Origin: Octopus sinensis
Taxonomy: Eukaryota
Length of the DNA stretch: 64,000 nt
Direction of reading: 5' to 3'
Assembly: GCF_006345805.1 (NCBI RefSeq)
Contig: NC_043011.1
Span: 39,196,464-39,260,463, forward strand
This document shows, in pieces, positions 40,381 through 54,638 of the stretch. A program made the translations under genes and the position numbers. Under the pieces are notes generated by a model, which was given only the letters and a program-made list of their open reading frames with translations, was not told the origin of the DNA and searched no databases. The first letter of the stretch is position 1. Each line of letters begins with the position of its first letter.

Positions 40381-40769
40381 ATAATAATAATGGTTTCACA
40401 TTTTGGCACAAGCACCAACAAGTTTGGGAAAAGGGACTAAATCGATTACATGGACACCCGTGCACAACTGATAGTCATTCTATCAGCCCCGAAAGGATGA
40501 ATGGCAACATCGACCTCAGTGGAATTTGAACTCAGAACTTAAAGATGGATGAAGTTTTGCACAGCATACTAATGATTTCTTTATTGACCACAAAGGGTTT
40601 ACATTAAGTAAAACATTATGGACAGAACAGGACAAAACAAAGAATGTGTGTTTGTGTATGTATGTGTGTGTGTGTATTGTGAGGGTTTTTGCATGTAAGC
40701 AAGATTTTGTAAAGAAAAAAATTTCAACAATGTGTGATCCTAATAATAATGATAATAATAATGGTAATA

Positions 40770-40815
<46 letters not shown>

Positions 40816-43062
40816 CAACAACCATTTCTGCTAAAGACACAAAGCCTGAAATTTGTTGGGAGGAGAATAGTTGATTACATCAACCCCAGTCTTTCACTGT
40901 TACCTAATTTATTGATCTCAGTGGGATGAAAAGTGAAGTTGTTCTCGGTGTAATTTGAACCCAGAATGTCACTATACAGCCACACCTGCACTTGCTTCGG
41001 TTAATTTTAGAAATACTTAAGAATTTAGTGTGAAATTTATTTGCTGTTATTAAGATGGTGTTTGGAACAAAAATTAACCTGAAATTTTGGTGGAAGGTTT
41101 CTATTTCAGCTGCTTTAAAACAGGAAGTGTGTATAGAACCAGGAAATGGTCTCAGGTGGAATGGAATCAAAGGAGTTAGTTAATACAGTGTCTGGGCGAC
41201 TGTCTGGCTTAGTCACACTTATCCACGCATGGACACAACATACGCATAACTTCCTCTCACTTGCATACATAGGACCATCTACACACACACACACAGCCAT
41301 CCTCACACACCCACGTACAACTATACAAGTACATACATCAGTTTGTTTAACACAGTGGAATTTCCATTGCCAATTTGGGAATTTAGCAGTCAGCTGTTGT
41401 GTGTTCCTTTCTCTAAGTTGAAAAGGATTCTGAGATTTGTTTGATACACAAGCTGTTCTTGGCTAACCATTTAAATAGGCCCAAGGGAATACCTCCAGGC
41501 CTCTAGAGTAGCATTCATTTCAGCAGGATAATTATCGTTTTTACTTCAGTACAGTATGATCTGGAAACGAATCCCTCCCCGCTGTCCCAAATGCCCATTT
41601 GGTACTTAAAAAATCAGAAACCTACTTTATTCTCTTATTTACTCTGATCATCACGGTACCCCACACTGGGTTTATTTCCTGGATCAGGAGACATGGAACT
41701 TCAATTCACATTACTCTAGTTTACTCAGCTGTAATTAGCAGTATCTGAGTGCTGGCGTAGCACCCTCTCTCTCGCCTTCTAGGTGCCACATCCTCATTGT
41801 TCTGCATGTTCCAGGGTAGCGATATGGGATGGGGCTAGCACATGTTTGCCTCAGCTCTCTGTAGGCTATGCAAACACTTAACCATTTAGCTACCAGATTA
41901 CTCTCTCAAATGTAAAGCTTACTTAGTCTCATAGTTTTGGAATATCCATAATGTGGTTTATTTTTAGAATAACATTGTAGGTCAAGTCTAAAAGGCTGGA
42001 TCTGGTTAGTTTCAGCATAAAACATTTAAGTTATTTTGATTCGGTGTTTACAAACTAAAAGATTGAAACAGTTAGCAAAAGCATGGTACATACGTTTTAC
42101 CATTTCATGCTTGCTTAATAGAGACACATGATTATATTATATGATAAGTAAATTGCAGTATAGTTTGTTATGCCACATGGGCCACGGAAAGAAATGCTGC
42201 ATAAGTTATTTGCATAATTTGTACTCTCTCCCCTGGGTTGAATTGGGGAACCATTGAGGACAGTGAAGGGAATGTTGAAAGATACTACATCTTGACTCAT
42301 CAGTTGTTGTGATACACTAGTTTGATCCGTCCTCCATGTAAGTAACCCTGTCAAAGGTCGGTGGGGGGTGGGGTCGCTGGTAGGTTTGTCAGCAAACGAA
42401 GCAGCTACACAGTTAATGCAGTGTGTTATGTAATTGGTTGTAATTATAATGGCTTCTAATTTAGGCATGAAACTAATTTTCTCAAGGGGAGTGGGGTTAG
42501 TCGATTGCATTGAGCTTCTGTATTTGACAGTTCATCATAATCATCATCATTGTTTAACATCTGTTTTCCATGCTGGCATGGGTTGGACTGTTTGACAGGA
42601 GCTGGTGAGCCAGAACACTGTGCCAGATGCTACTGTCTGCCTGGGCATGGTTTCAGCAGCTGGACGCCCTTCCCAATGCAGCAACTCTCTACAGTGTGTA
42701 TTGGGTCAACCCCAGAGCTCCTTAACCACAGAGGCTTACATTTTATATAAATTAAAGCTGATCCCAGTTTAACAAAGAAAAAAAAAAGAAAGGGAAAAAA
42801 GAAAACCCAGATAATGCTATAAATTGAATAAATTTCCTCTGAAATAGAGAAATTATTAGTGTGTTTTATCTCTCTACTTTTCTCAGCTTTAGAATAGATT
42901 TACTTCATTTCAATAACAAGCTAATTTATAAATTGGATGACTTATGCCACCTACACATAGCTTCAACTGCAAATGTTAAAAGGCAACAGGTTTATATACA
43001 TAGATACATGTAATGTATATACTATGTTGTATATATACATATATTTGTATTCATGTACTTTC

Positions 43063-43134
43063 TGAGTATATTCCACTGATGAAGGCAAAGCATTTCTTAT
43101 GCAGAGCCAGAAATCTGGGATATGGAATTATTCA
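43063..43134 (+). ncRNA. Type I hammerhead ribozyme motif
   Basis: Stem I tgagta(t)attcca/tggaattattca; CTGATGA 43076-43082; stem II ggc...gcat/atgc...gcc; GAAA 43110-43113; stem III tc-tgg-ga; AUA triplet ending 43122. Confidence 0.65.
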
Positions 43135-43378
43135 CTAATTTTTTTGCTATTTTATTTTGTCTCTTTTCTTCTCTCCTGGTGCTGTATGAACATTTAATGT
43201 GGTTTTAGAGTCACATTTTGGCTGCTATTTCCAGCGTGGTGGTATCTCTTAGATAACTTAAATTATAATTTTAAATAATTATTACCTTTGAAGGTTTTTA
43301 TTCCCATGCTAGCCACTTGATAAGATCGGTATTTAAATAACGATCTTATCCTTATTTATATAAATTTACATATATATA

Positions 43379-43559
43379 GGCGCATGAGTGGCTGTGTGGT
43401 ATTTTGCTTGCTTACGAATCACATGGTTCTGGGTTCAGTCCCACTGCGTGGCACCTTGGGCAAGTGTCTTCTACTATAGCCTCGGGCCGACCAAAGCTTT
43501 GTGAGTGGATTTAGTCGACAGAAACTGAAAGAAATCTGTTGTATATATGTATATATATT

Positions 43560-43592
<33 letters not shown>

Positions 43593-43776
43593 ATATGTTG
43601 TGTGTCTGTGTCTGTCCCACCAACATCGCTTGACAACTGATGCTCGTGTCTTTACGTCCCCGTCACTTAGCGCTTTGGTAAAAAGGACCAACAGAATAAG
43701 TACTAGGGGTCGATTTGCTCAACTAAAAGTCGTACTCCAGCATGGCCACAGTCAAATGACTGAAACAATTAAAAGA

Positions 43777-43777
<1 letters not shown>
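43379..43777 (+). mobile_element. SINE family A, full length
   Basis: Two-module structure; shares its 5' flank with the copy ending at 59320. Confidence 0.9.
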
Positions 43778-43817
<40 letters not shown>

Positions 43818-44119
43818 CATACACACACACACATATATACATACATAAATACATAGACACACTACATATACACACACATATTCACATCCACATTTATGTA
43901 TGTTGCCTTGAAGTCAGCAGATTTCTCTAATTAACCAAGGAAGAACATTGTTAGGAAAAAGGCCTTGGCTGTGGAATTTCCGATGTCTTGTGGAATCTTG
44001 CTTATGAAGCAGTTCCTATCAATATCCAAAGAGTTTTGTGAAGGAACATTCTGGCAACTCTAATCAGTGCACACTGTTTTCAAGAAAGTGATTCAGCTGC
44101 CTGGAAGACAATTGAAAGC

Positions 44120-44670
44120 GCTGTTACTACGACGACTATTGTCACCTCTGTTGCTGCTACCACTGCTAATCTCATCACCACTACCACCAATACTACTAAC
44201 ACTGCTACCAGCACTGACACTACTACTACTACCACCACCACCACTACTACTACCACTACTACTGCCGCCACTGCCATCGCTACTGCTATTGCTGCTAACT
44301 ATCACAACCTCTACTATCACAAGCACCGCTACCACGACCATCAGTAACACTACAACCACCACTACCAATACTACTACAGCACCACCAAAACTACTACTAC
44401 CACTACTGCCACCACCACTGCCATCACTGCTACTACCACGTCTACTGCTATTTGTAATACTATCACCATCACCATCACCATTACCAACACTATCATTACT
44501 ACTATTACTGCTGGTACTACGACCATCACTACCAGCACTACTATCGCCACTGCCATTCACCACTGCTATCACTTCTACCACTATTACTAATACTACCACC
44601 ATCAACATCAAGACTATTACCATCACAACCACCAGCATTACCACCACCACCACCACCACTGCTACTACTC
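44120..44670. repeat. Degenerate (ACT/ACC)n trinucleotide tract
   Basis: Direct reading; produces the Thr/Leu/Pro and Gly/Ser/Val ORFs. Confidence 0.9.
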
Positions 44671-45158
44671 ACATAGCTTTCAACTATGGCGGAATTCTGT
44701 GATGAAGCGTGTTGGTCAGAGTTTCTTCTGATGTTTGTGGTCAGTACCTAATTCTTTCACACCAGCTGGAGATTATCATGGACTGCTTTTATACTTAAAC
44801 GTATCTTTCAGCCAGCCTCCGCATCCACCCCCACCCCCACCTCTCTGTTCTCGCCTCACCTCATCCCACACCATATCCTAATCTCTTTAAACTTATGATG
44901 ATGATGCTGATGATGGAGATATGGAAATGTTCTGGTTTCTAAGACTGTTTACGAAATGTGAACGGTAGTTGTTGCGTTAATATGGAAGATCATTAGTTCC
45001 GCGTGTTTACTATCTGCCCGGTGCTCTGTTGTTGCTGACCGGGGATTTTGAAGAAGGTCAAACAGGCAAGGCAATCTCATATGTAGATGTGTGGGTACAT
45101 GTATACATACTGATATACTCATGTATGTATATTCACACACACATGATGATGATGATGA

Positions 45159-45193
<35 letters not shown>

Positions 45194-45651
45194 CACATAC
45201 ATACATATATGTATATATGTTTACATATTTATATATATATATATATATACACACATACATACATATATGTATATATGTTTACATATTTATCTATCTATAT
45301 ATATATACATACATATACATGCATACATACATACCAATACGTGCATGTATATATATATATATATAGACCAATCCATATATATATGGTTTGTGATCAGACT
45401 GTTTAAATCTTCAATTATTTCCATAATTAAAGACTTTAGTTCAACTGCTGAAGAATTGTCAGTTTTCAACATTTCACAAGATTCACACACAATATATACA
45501 TGTGTGTGTGTGTGTACACATACGCGTGTCTTTATATATAAACTCTTGCAAGTGGGAGAACTTGGTCTTATTCGACAGATTATTATTACCCTGAAGATGT
45601 GTGTATATATGTGTATATGTATGTGTGTGTGTGTGTGTATATATATACATA

Positions 45652-45812
45652 CACTACACTCTTGGAGTGGTTGGCATTAGGAAGGACATCCAGCTGTGGA
45701 AACTTTACCAGATCAGATTGGAGACTGGTGCAGCCTTCTGGTTCGCCAGTTCTCAGTCAAACCGTCCAACCCATGCCAGCATGGAAAGCAGACGTTAAAT
45801 GATGATGATGAT
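45652..45812 (+). mobile_element. SINE family C 3' fragment
   Basis: gagtggttggcattaggaagg...ccaacccatgccagcatggaaagcagacgttaaa(tga)n. Confidence 0.85.
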
Positions 45813-46727
45813 TATAGATAGATAATTAATATTTCTCTGAAGTTCACCACTGTTGCTGTATTTAAGCATTTCCAAAATTTACTGATTTACATTATTTCAT
45901 TGGCATTATACAATTCCAGCCCATGTACACTGGCAGTTTAAGGAAGCCAGCCAGTCAATGGGCTAATGAAGGAAGCCTCTGTGTCATTGCTCTGCCTACT
46001 AGATATAGCAGCTAAATCTGCTTCTCACTACTATTGTAATAAAAAGGGGTGAAAAGGAAACGCATATGAAAAGACGTCATGCTGATCATATGAACAGATG
46101 GCATGGTCAAGTTTGGAATGTCTTTGATCAAAGAATTGCAACCTCCCCCCCCTGAAGTCCTAGATATAACCACAACTTCAAATTGGGTCATCTTTGATTG
46201 TATTTTCTACCCAAAACAGGTTGGCCAAGGGCTAAACTGTCAGATCAACAAGAACAGCTCGCACCTGGTACTTGTATAGCACTTGGAATCTCTGCATCGT
46301 TAGTGATGGTAATGAAGAAGATGGCAATGATGATGATGATGACAAAGAGATTAATTAATAAATTTCATTATAGCTTTGAAGCCTTAGTCATTCTAATATT
46401 TTTAAGTAATTTATTTATGATAGAAATTACTTCATTTTGTGCCACATGCATCCAATTTGTATATCTTACACACACACACACACATACACACACACGTGCG
46501 CGCACACACATACACATGTTGCATTGTACTTATAGATTGGATGGCTAAAAGGTTCACTTTGCAACTTCAGTGCCCTCAGTTTAATTCCACCGTGTGCCGT
46601 CTTGCATAAATGTAATTTTCTTTAGCCATGGTTCAACCCATAGCTCATAAGTAAAATTACTGATGCAAACTGTATAGAAGTCTGTCAGGTGGATAATACC
46701 TGTAATTCAAAAGATACAGCTGTGTTG

Positions 46728-46758
<31 letters not shown>

Positions 46759-47602
46759 TTGCACTGGTTCTGCTTGGGAATTACATTAATGATACATGTC
46801 TGTGGAATATTCAGCCACTTACATGTTAATTTAGGAGCAGGCAATTCAGTTGATTGAGCAACTAAATCCTTGTCACCAAATGACAGAGATCCTCACCTCC
46901 ACCACCACCACTACCTGTGTGTGTGTGTGTACATATATACACACACTGTTATAGTACCTGTCAAAAATGATGGAGTTTATTTCTCCCCCCTTTTAGTAAG
47001 CTTTAATGGCTTTATTTCATACCTTGCTCTATTTTCTTCTTGTATTTCATTTTGTCTTCTTTCTGTTATTCTTTGTACATCCACTGAGTCTCCTATGTTA
47101 TTCTCACTGTGTCACTCTCATACCTTATTTCTCTCTTTCTCTGTCTATCCATGTTCACACACACACACACACACACACACTTCTTTCTATCAAATTTTTC
47201 CACTTCCTTTTATTTCTTGTCTATATTTCCTTTTGTGCCTCCCACCACCACTTCGGTATCATACACAAGCTTCTTTCTGTATCTCTTTCCCTCTCTCCCT
47301 CCCTCCCACTCTTTTCCTTATTCCCTCTCTTGCTCTTTCTCCCTCTCTTTCTCTCTCTCCCCCCCATCTCTCTTTCTTTATACCTCTGTTGTTTCATAAC
47401 ATTACATCTGTACTTTGCCTACCTTATTACTGTTTTAGTTTTCTGTGTGTCTGTTTGTCTGTCTGTCTCTCTCTCTCACTCTCTCACACACACTCTCACT
47501 CTCTCTATTGTATCCTCTTCATCTCCTCCCTCCATTTTATTTAATTTTCCTTCCTCTTTCCATTTCTCTTGGCACGGATACATTCTCCTCCTTGCGTGTT
47601 CA

Positions 47603-47633
<31 letters not shown>

Positions 47634-48056
47634 AAGGTAAGAAAAAGGAGAGGAAGAGAGAGACAAGTGGTGAATTAAGAACCAAGCAAAAATGGACACA
47701 GGACTTTGTATTTTTATATACATGTGTGTGTGTGTGTAATACATGTGTATATATATATATATTTATACAGACATACATATGCACACGTATACATCCAATA
47801 TAAAATATGAGGAGATTCTAGAATTACATCATTAAAGAGTGAAAAACAATAAATATAAAATGGAAAACACAAAATGGGCCAAATCGAAATATGTAAGAAT
47901 TGTGGATTTCTTGAGAGTCTTGGCTCACTTATCTCAGCAAAATCTGTAGAATGTGTGCTTGTATGTGTGTGAGAGAGTGTTTTTCATGTATATGTGTGTG
48001 TGTGAATATGTAGCTATGTATATGTGGTTATGCGTGTGTATATATACATATGTATA

Positions 48057-48128
<72 letters not shown>

Positions 48129-48849
48129 GTGTGTATATATATGCATATATTTGTATCAGTACGTATGTATTTATATATATTATCGAGAAAATATGATGCA
48201 TCTCTATAGAATTAGTAATAAACTATCGAGGAAGTAATATATAATATTAAGCTCTGTGTATGGACATAGTGTGAGCTTGTGTGTATGTGTGTGCATGTAA
48301 GAACTGGAAAAGGAGAGGAAAAGTTTTTTAAAAAATCTGTAAAAAAAAAGCTAAAAAAAAAACCCAAAGAAGGACGAGTAAATATAGAGTAATCTATTGA
48401 ACATAACTGCACGTAGCTTAATCAGTTGTAAGTCCCTGTAATTCTTGACAGCGAAGCTATTATTTCTGTTTGGAGAAAATTACTGCTATAGATTTGTTTT
48501 GACGTAAATCACTTTACTCTCTTATCGAGATTTCTGTTGCGAAAAGAGCTTAATTTTACCCCCCCACCCCTGCACCATCTCTCACCTTGTTTTTGTTTTT
48601 GTGTGTGTGTGTGTATGTGTTCTGTATGGAGGAAGTCATTTTTGTTTTACTGTGCAATCAGGACACCCATAGGTTGAAGGTGGCAGCAAGGAGAGAAAGA
48701 TGTGATGTATTTGGTCTGAGATCAATCCCTATCGGAACTACCGTTTGCCGAGTTCTTTTTATTTATTTATTTTTTTCCATTTTGCTGTTTTTGCCATTTT
48801 TATCATTCCTCTGCACTCTGCTCCTCCTTTTCTTCTTCATCTGCTGGTC

Positions 48850-49240
48850 CTCTTCTCTTCTCCTGCTCTCCTTCTCGTCTCCTGCTCCCCTTCTCGTCCC
48901 CTGCTCCCCTTCTCGTCCCCTTTTCGTCTCCTGCTCTCCTTCTCATCTCCTGCTCCCCTTCTCGTCTCCTGCTCCCCTTCTCGTCTCCTGCTCCCCTTCT
49001 CGTCTCCTGGTCCTCTTCTCGTCTCCTGGTCCTCTTCTCGTCTCCTGGTCCTCTTCTCGTCTCCTGCTCTCCTTCTCGTCTCCTGATCCCCTTCTCGTCT
49101 CCTGCTCCCCTTCTTGTCTCCTGCTCCCCTTCTCGTCTCCTGGTCCTCCTCTCGTCTCCTGCTACCCTTCTCGTCTCCTGCTCTCCTTCTTGTCTCCTGC
49201 TCCCCTTCTCGTCTCCTGCTCCTCTTCTCGTCTCCTACTC
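48850..49240. repeat. 19-bp minisatellite (ttctcgtctcctgctcccc), ~20 copies
   Basis: Direct reading; 19-aa periodicity in ORF 48587..49294. Confidence 0.95.
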
Positions 49241-49319
49241 CTCTTCTTGTTTCTTCTTCGTTCTCTGCTCCTTCTTGTCTTTCCCTTCTTCTAATCCTCC
49301 TTCTCCATTTAGTATTTAA

Positions 49320-49537
49320 CCCTTTAGCATTTAAACCGGCTATATCCAGCCAAAGTATTCTGCGAGTCCTATGTTCATACTGGCCAGATCTGGCCTCTCA
49401 CACCAACCCTACAATATTCTAAAAATTAACAGTTACCTCATCAAAATCTCATAGCTACAAGATAATGCATAATTAGTTCAAAACAGTCTGAATAAAATGA
49501 GAATTACTTTTGGAAGAATAATGTGAACACTAAATGG
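49320..49537. mobile_element. piggyBac-type MITE (family 2), inverted relative to 19365-19585
   Basis: ttaa|ccctttagcattt start; body is the reverse complement of the 19365 copy. Confidence 0.85.
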
Positions 49538-50383
49538 CTATATCCAGTCCAAATATTCTACCTGTTTTATGCTCAGACTGGTTAGATCTAGTCCCTCTGT
49601 AACCTTTTTTTCTGGGTGAATGTGTTGGTCCTACTCAAACTCACTTTAACTTTTAGAAGACGCAATCTATATTTGTTCAGCCCCTATTCTTTGACCTGTT
49701 CGGCATGGGAGGCCCTATCTGGTTCTTTTTGCTACTATTCCAGTCCTCAGGGACATAAAGGCATACAAGCTACTATGAGGACTGAGAATGATAAAATTAA
49801 AACCATGATTGAGCTAGAAAGAGTAGAAGCAGCATCTTTGCTAAATAAGCATCTTGGATGGTTAAAAAAACATGATATATGTAGATTAAGTTCCTCGTCT
49901 TTGTGGCCATATCACAGCGTTTTCTCTGCTGCACCCTTTGACCTTCATATTTGATATTGTTCTTGGTATTTCACATCAAATATCCTCATCGTTGCCATTA
50001 CCTTATGTTTGCTTCACATGCTGCAATTAGTTGATCCCTTCATTATAACCCAAGTTCTTTCTTCTTTGGACCCACAGATCTCATTAACTTGTGAGGCATG
50101 GCCAAACCTTTTTTCAAGGAGCAGGCCACATAAGACATGGTTCCTTATCATGTGCTTTTGTTTCATTTGGGCCTTGATTTTTTTTTTTAACAACTGGATG
50201 CTTTTCCTATCACTAACCTCACTACAGAATATACTGGTTGTATTTCTTCATGTATGGCCATTGGAAGATATTACCTTGCTTGGAAACAGGTTAGGATTGG
50301 CAACAGGAAAGGCATGTGGCCATAGAAAATCTGCCTTACTAAACTCTGCCTGACCCATGCAAGCATGGGAAAATGAACATTAA

Positions 50384-51013
50384 ATCTTTAGCATTCAGGT
50401 TACTCTGTTAAATGTTTTGCTTGTTTGTTCACTTCGTTTGGAATTAATGATGGATTATCTTGTTTGAGGTTTCAATGATGTGATGGTATATTTTTGAATG
50501 ACTTTGTAGGGTAAGTGCAAGAGAAGGCGCAAGAGTGGCTGTGTGGTAAGTAGCTTGCTAACCAACCACATGGTTCCGGGTTCAGTCCCACTGCGTGGCA
50601 TCTTGGGCAAGTGTCTTCTGCTATAGCCCCGAGCCGACCAATGCCTTGTGAGTGGATTTGGTAGACGGAAACTGAAAGAAGCCTGTCGTATATATGTATA
50701 TATATATATAAGTGTGTGTGTATATGTTTGTGTGTCTGTGTTTGTCCCCCTAGCATTGCTTGACAACCGATGCTGGTGTGTTTACGTCCCCGTCACTTAG
50801 CGGTTCGGCAAAAGAGACCGATATGATAAGTACTGGGCTTACAAAGAATAAGTCCCGAGGTCGATTTGCTCAACTAAAGGCGGTGCTCCAGCATGGCCGC
50901 AGTCAAATGACTGAAACAGGTAAAAGAGTAAAAGAGAGACTGGACGAGGTTAGTTCCTACATAAAATGGGAAGAATATTTCGCCTAGATGTGGCCAGTTT
51001 AAATGCTAAAGGG
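50384..51013. mobile_element. Family 2 MITE interrupted by a SINE A insertion
   Basis: Left end ttaa|atctttagcatt and right end aaatgctaaaggg|ttaa; the MITE body resumes at ~50936. Confidence 0.75.
50526..50935 (+). mobile_element. SINE family A, best-preserved copy (tRNA-like head, CORE-like cttgggcaagtg motif, internal microsatellite)
   Basis: ggcgcaagagtggctgtgtggtaag...gggttcagtccc...(TA/TG)n...gactgaaacaggtaaaagagtaaaagag; more than 15 full or partial copies in the window. Confidence 0.92.
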
Positions 51014-51792
51014 TTAAATTGATGATAAGGATTTTCACATTTGATGCAGTGTTATTTCCTTACTTATATTATCATATTGCATCCTTGTACTTCCCTCCAT
51101 CCACATGTTCTGCACTTGCAGCCAACAAGACATATGATAGCAATGAACGCGCTGGCAGAATCGTTAGCATGCCAGGCAAAATGCTTAGTATTTCATCTGC
51201 CGCTATGTTCTGAGTTTAAATTCTGACTTTGCCTTTCATCTTTTCGGGGTCGATAAATTACATAGATGTAATCGACTAGTCCCCTCCCACCTAATTCCAG
51301 ACCTTGTGCCTTCAACAGAAAGGATTATTATACATGTATTACATATGCTGGTGCCATGTATAAAGCACCTGGCACATTCTGTAAAAGTGGTTGACATTAG
51401 GAAGGGCATCCAGCTATTGAAACAGTGCCAAGACAGACAATTGTTGCACGGTGCAGCTTGCCAGCTGCTGTCAGACCATCCAACCCATTCCAGTGCAGAA
51501 GACGGATGTTAAATGATGATAAAGATCCTGATGATGGTGCATACTGTATCATCTTACCAGAATATCTATTTCCGAATTAAATCTGTTTTTGTTTTTGTTT
51601 TTTGGGGGGTTTTTTGTGATTTTCTATCTTTTTTTTTGTTCTGTTCTTCTACAGTTGGGCATATTCCAATAAATGTTCAGATTCTTTATTATCTGATAAT
51701 GCACGATTTTCTGTTAGTGTTTCTATAACTTCATTTAGCTTTTCCTTTCTTTCACCAAATCTGCAATGTATTTGTGCGAATGCACCAGCTTG

Positions 51793-51846
<54 letters not shown>

Positions 51847-52153
51847 TAGATAGATAGATATATATACACACATATATATAATGCATGCATACATATGTGT
51901 CTTGTGTGTGCTTGTTTTGTCTGTTCTTTGCCAAAAATTACTAGAACATGCTGTAACCTCCTCACTGCTGGATGATTGGTTATCGCTTCTGACAAAATGC
52001 TTGGTAACATTCCGTCTGGTCTGTATGTTCTGAGATCAAATGACACTGGGATTGATATAATCCCTTAACCCCAGCTCCCACAATTTCAGGCCTTGTGCTT
52101 ATAGTAGAAAGTATCGTTATTATTATTATTATCATTATTAATATTATTATTAT

Positions 52154-52697
52154 CGAGTGAGAGAGCAGCACATGATATCAAAGTGACACTGGGGTAAAAT
52201 ATACGAAGCCCAATATACCCGTCTTCACTACCTGTCTGATAAGGGTACACCAGGTACATGCATCACAGCCATATGTGCACGACATGGTAATCTTATATCA
52301 AGGTTAACAGCACATGACCTTGCAGGTGAGGCCCTGTTAAAATTTTCTTCAGGTCGAGTAGCCCATTCTGCCCAATAGGTTCCTGAATAAGGGTTGTCTA
52401 AGGATGTTCAACAAAACACTCATGTTTCCAGTGGTGAATTATTCAAACCCCAAAGAATTCTTCTCAACGCATGACTATGATGCTCCCCCACTATTTCTGC
52501 TCATGATCAGAGATGCACATATCGTCAGCCACTAAACTCGTTAAGATCAAAGAACAGACATGCAAATCTGTGGTATTGAGCAGAATATTTACTGTAGCCC
52601 ATCTTTTATACCAAGAGAAAACAACGTACATGATAACACTAAACAATCAGTTGAGATCAAAAGCCTTGTGAGCCACTGTTTGGTATTGCATCAGAGC
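52154..52697 (-). mobile_element. Family G repeat
   Basis: Reverse complement of 39826-40380; abuts (ATT)n. Confidence 0.8.
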
Positions 52698-52868
52698 AGT
52701 TATTATCATCGGTTTTATTATGGCATTGAGCTGGAGTTCAAATTCCACTGCCGTCAACTTTGCCTTTCATCTTTCCATGTTTGAAAAATTAAATACCAGT
52801 CAAGCACTGAGGGCAGAATAATCGAGTAGCTCCCATAAAATTTCAGGCCATATTCCTGTAATTGAAAG

Positions 52869-52916
<48 letters not shown>

Positions 52917-53073
52917 CATCATTATTGTTATTGTGCCAAGTTCAACTTTGCATTTCATCCTTTCGGGGTCGATCAAATAAGTACCAGTTACGCACTGGTG
53001 TCGGTGTAATCGACTCAATCCCTTCCCCCAAATTTCAGGCCTTGTACCTACTGTGAAAAGGATTATTATTATA

Positions 53074-53297
53074 GCAGTGAGCTGGCAGAGTTGTTAGCAT
53101 GCAGGACGAAATGCTTAGCGGTATTTTGCCCGTCGCTACATTCCGAGTTCAAATTTCACTGCGGTCGACTTTGCCTTTCATCCTTTCAGGGTGCAATAAA
53201 TTTAGTTACCTCAACCCCAGTGAGACACTGGGGTTGATGTAACTGACTAGTCCCCTCCCCACTAATTCCAGGCTTTGTGCCTCCAATGGAAAGGATT
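53074..53297 (+). mobile_element. SINE family B, near full length, in a cluster of B fragments (51150-53297)
   Basis: gagctggcaga..gttagca...gaaatgcttagcggtattt...gagttcaaatt...ggtcgactttgcctttcatcctttc. Confidence 0.85.
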
Positions 53298-53884
53298 CTT
53301 CTTCATTGTCATCGTCTTCATTGTCTAGCATCTGCTTCCCCTGCTGTATTCAACTGTTGCATCAGTCTTGCTTCGTTCACTGATGCTTAAGACGAGGATC
53401 TATGACATGAAGGATTGTCAAGGCGGCGATAACTCCATGACTTGAAAAACCAGGATCTCTTGATGTAAATGCTATCATTCTCTAGTTGCCACTCACCAAG
53501 CCATCATCTGATCGCAGCATTTGTAACACACACACACACGCATGCATGCACATGCACACATTCATACACACAAGTGCATATACTTATATACACAGCCTCC
53601 CATGGATATTATATATGTATATATATATATGTTTATGTATGTGTTTGTACGCATGTATACACACACACACACACACACACGTGCCTATATACGAGCATGC
53701 ACATGTGGTAAGAGAACCCATTACACCTTGCAGGTATTTCTTGAATCTTCTCACTCCGGTGAGTCAATATACACAATATTTGCAACCTGCAGTTTCTATT
53801 CTGCTCTACCACATCATTTAAACACACACACTTATATAGGCATATATTTATACACATGTATGTATATATATATATTTATACACA

Positions 53885-54130
53885 TATCCTTCGAAACGTT
53901 TAGTAGATGAAATCTTAGCGACTGAAGAAGGGGTTTTTTCGTTGTGCTTATTGTCCTGTATCTCTCTCTTTTTTTTGCTTGTCTTGTTCCTTGGTTTGTG
54001 TCTATGTGTTTCGTCTCTCTATGTGTTCGACGTCTTTTTGGTGTCCTGTACACATATATGCGTGTATATGTACATGTAGAGGTAGGTACGTACATATATG
54101 TTTATATATATGCATATGTTCTATTTTATT
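53885..54130 (+). mobile_element. Dispersed repeat with a GAAAC-N24-CTGANGA motif (hammerhead-related)
   Basis: Homologous to 56320-56700 (~90 bp near-identical 3' part), 19590-19720 and minus-strand 18452-18552. Confidence 0.6.
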
Positions 54131-54173
54131 AACATGTATATATATATTATATATATATACACACACATGTATG

Positions 54174-54239
<66 letters not shown>

Positions 54240-54243
<4 letters not shown>

Positions 54244-54485
54244 GTAGAAAAATACAACATGGACAAGAACGTATAACTCATAGAAGACGATACAATAAAC
54301 ATGGACAGGACATTCGAACCCCTCAGTCTTCAGTCAAGAACCGGATCATCGTAGTAATTTCGGCTGATTAATCTTGAGATTACTAGATCACGGCCAGCCC
54401 TCCAAGAAAAACTAAGCTGGAAGCGTAGATTTCCTGGAAGAAGGATCGAATGCATACGAACACCAGGACAGCAAAAGGGACAGAT
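54240..54485 (-). mobile_element. (TA)n-adjacent dispersed repeat
   Basis: Reverse complement aligns with 63700-63947. Confidence 0.65.
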
Positions 54486-54597
54486 AAAAAAAAAAAATAA
54501 AAAATAAAAAAAACAATAATGGAATACAGAAACATGAAATACAGAAGCATTAACGGTGAAAACAACAAGTGTCTTACGACTGATAACAAGCAAACAA

Positions 54598-54638
<41 letters not shown>

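Noticed and set aside
44067-44702. Mucin-like Thr/Pro-rich or Gly/Ser-rich ORFs
   Set aside because: Degenerate ACT/ACC microsatellite with phase shifts and no splice or domain evidence.
48587-49294. 235-aa ORF
   Set aside because: Translation of a stop-free 19-bp pyrimidine minisatellite, open in all three frames.
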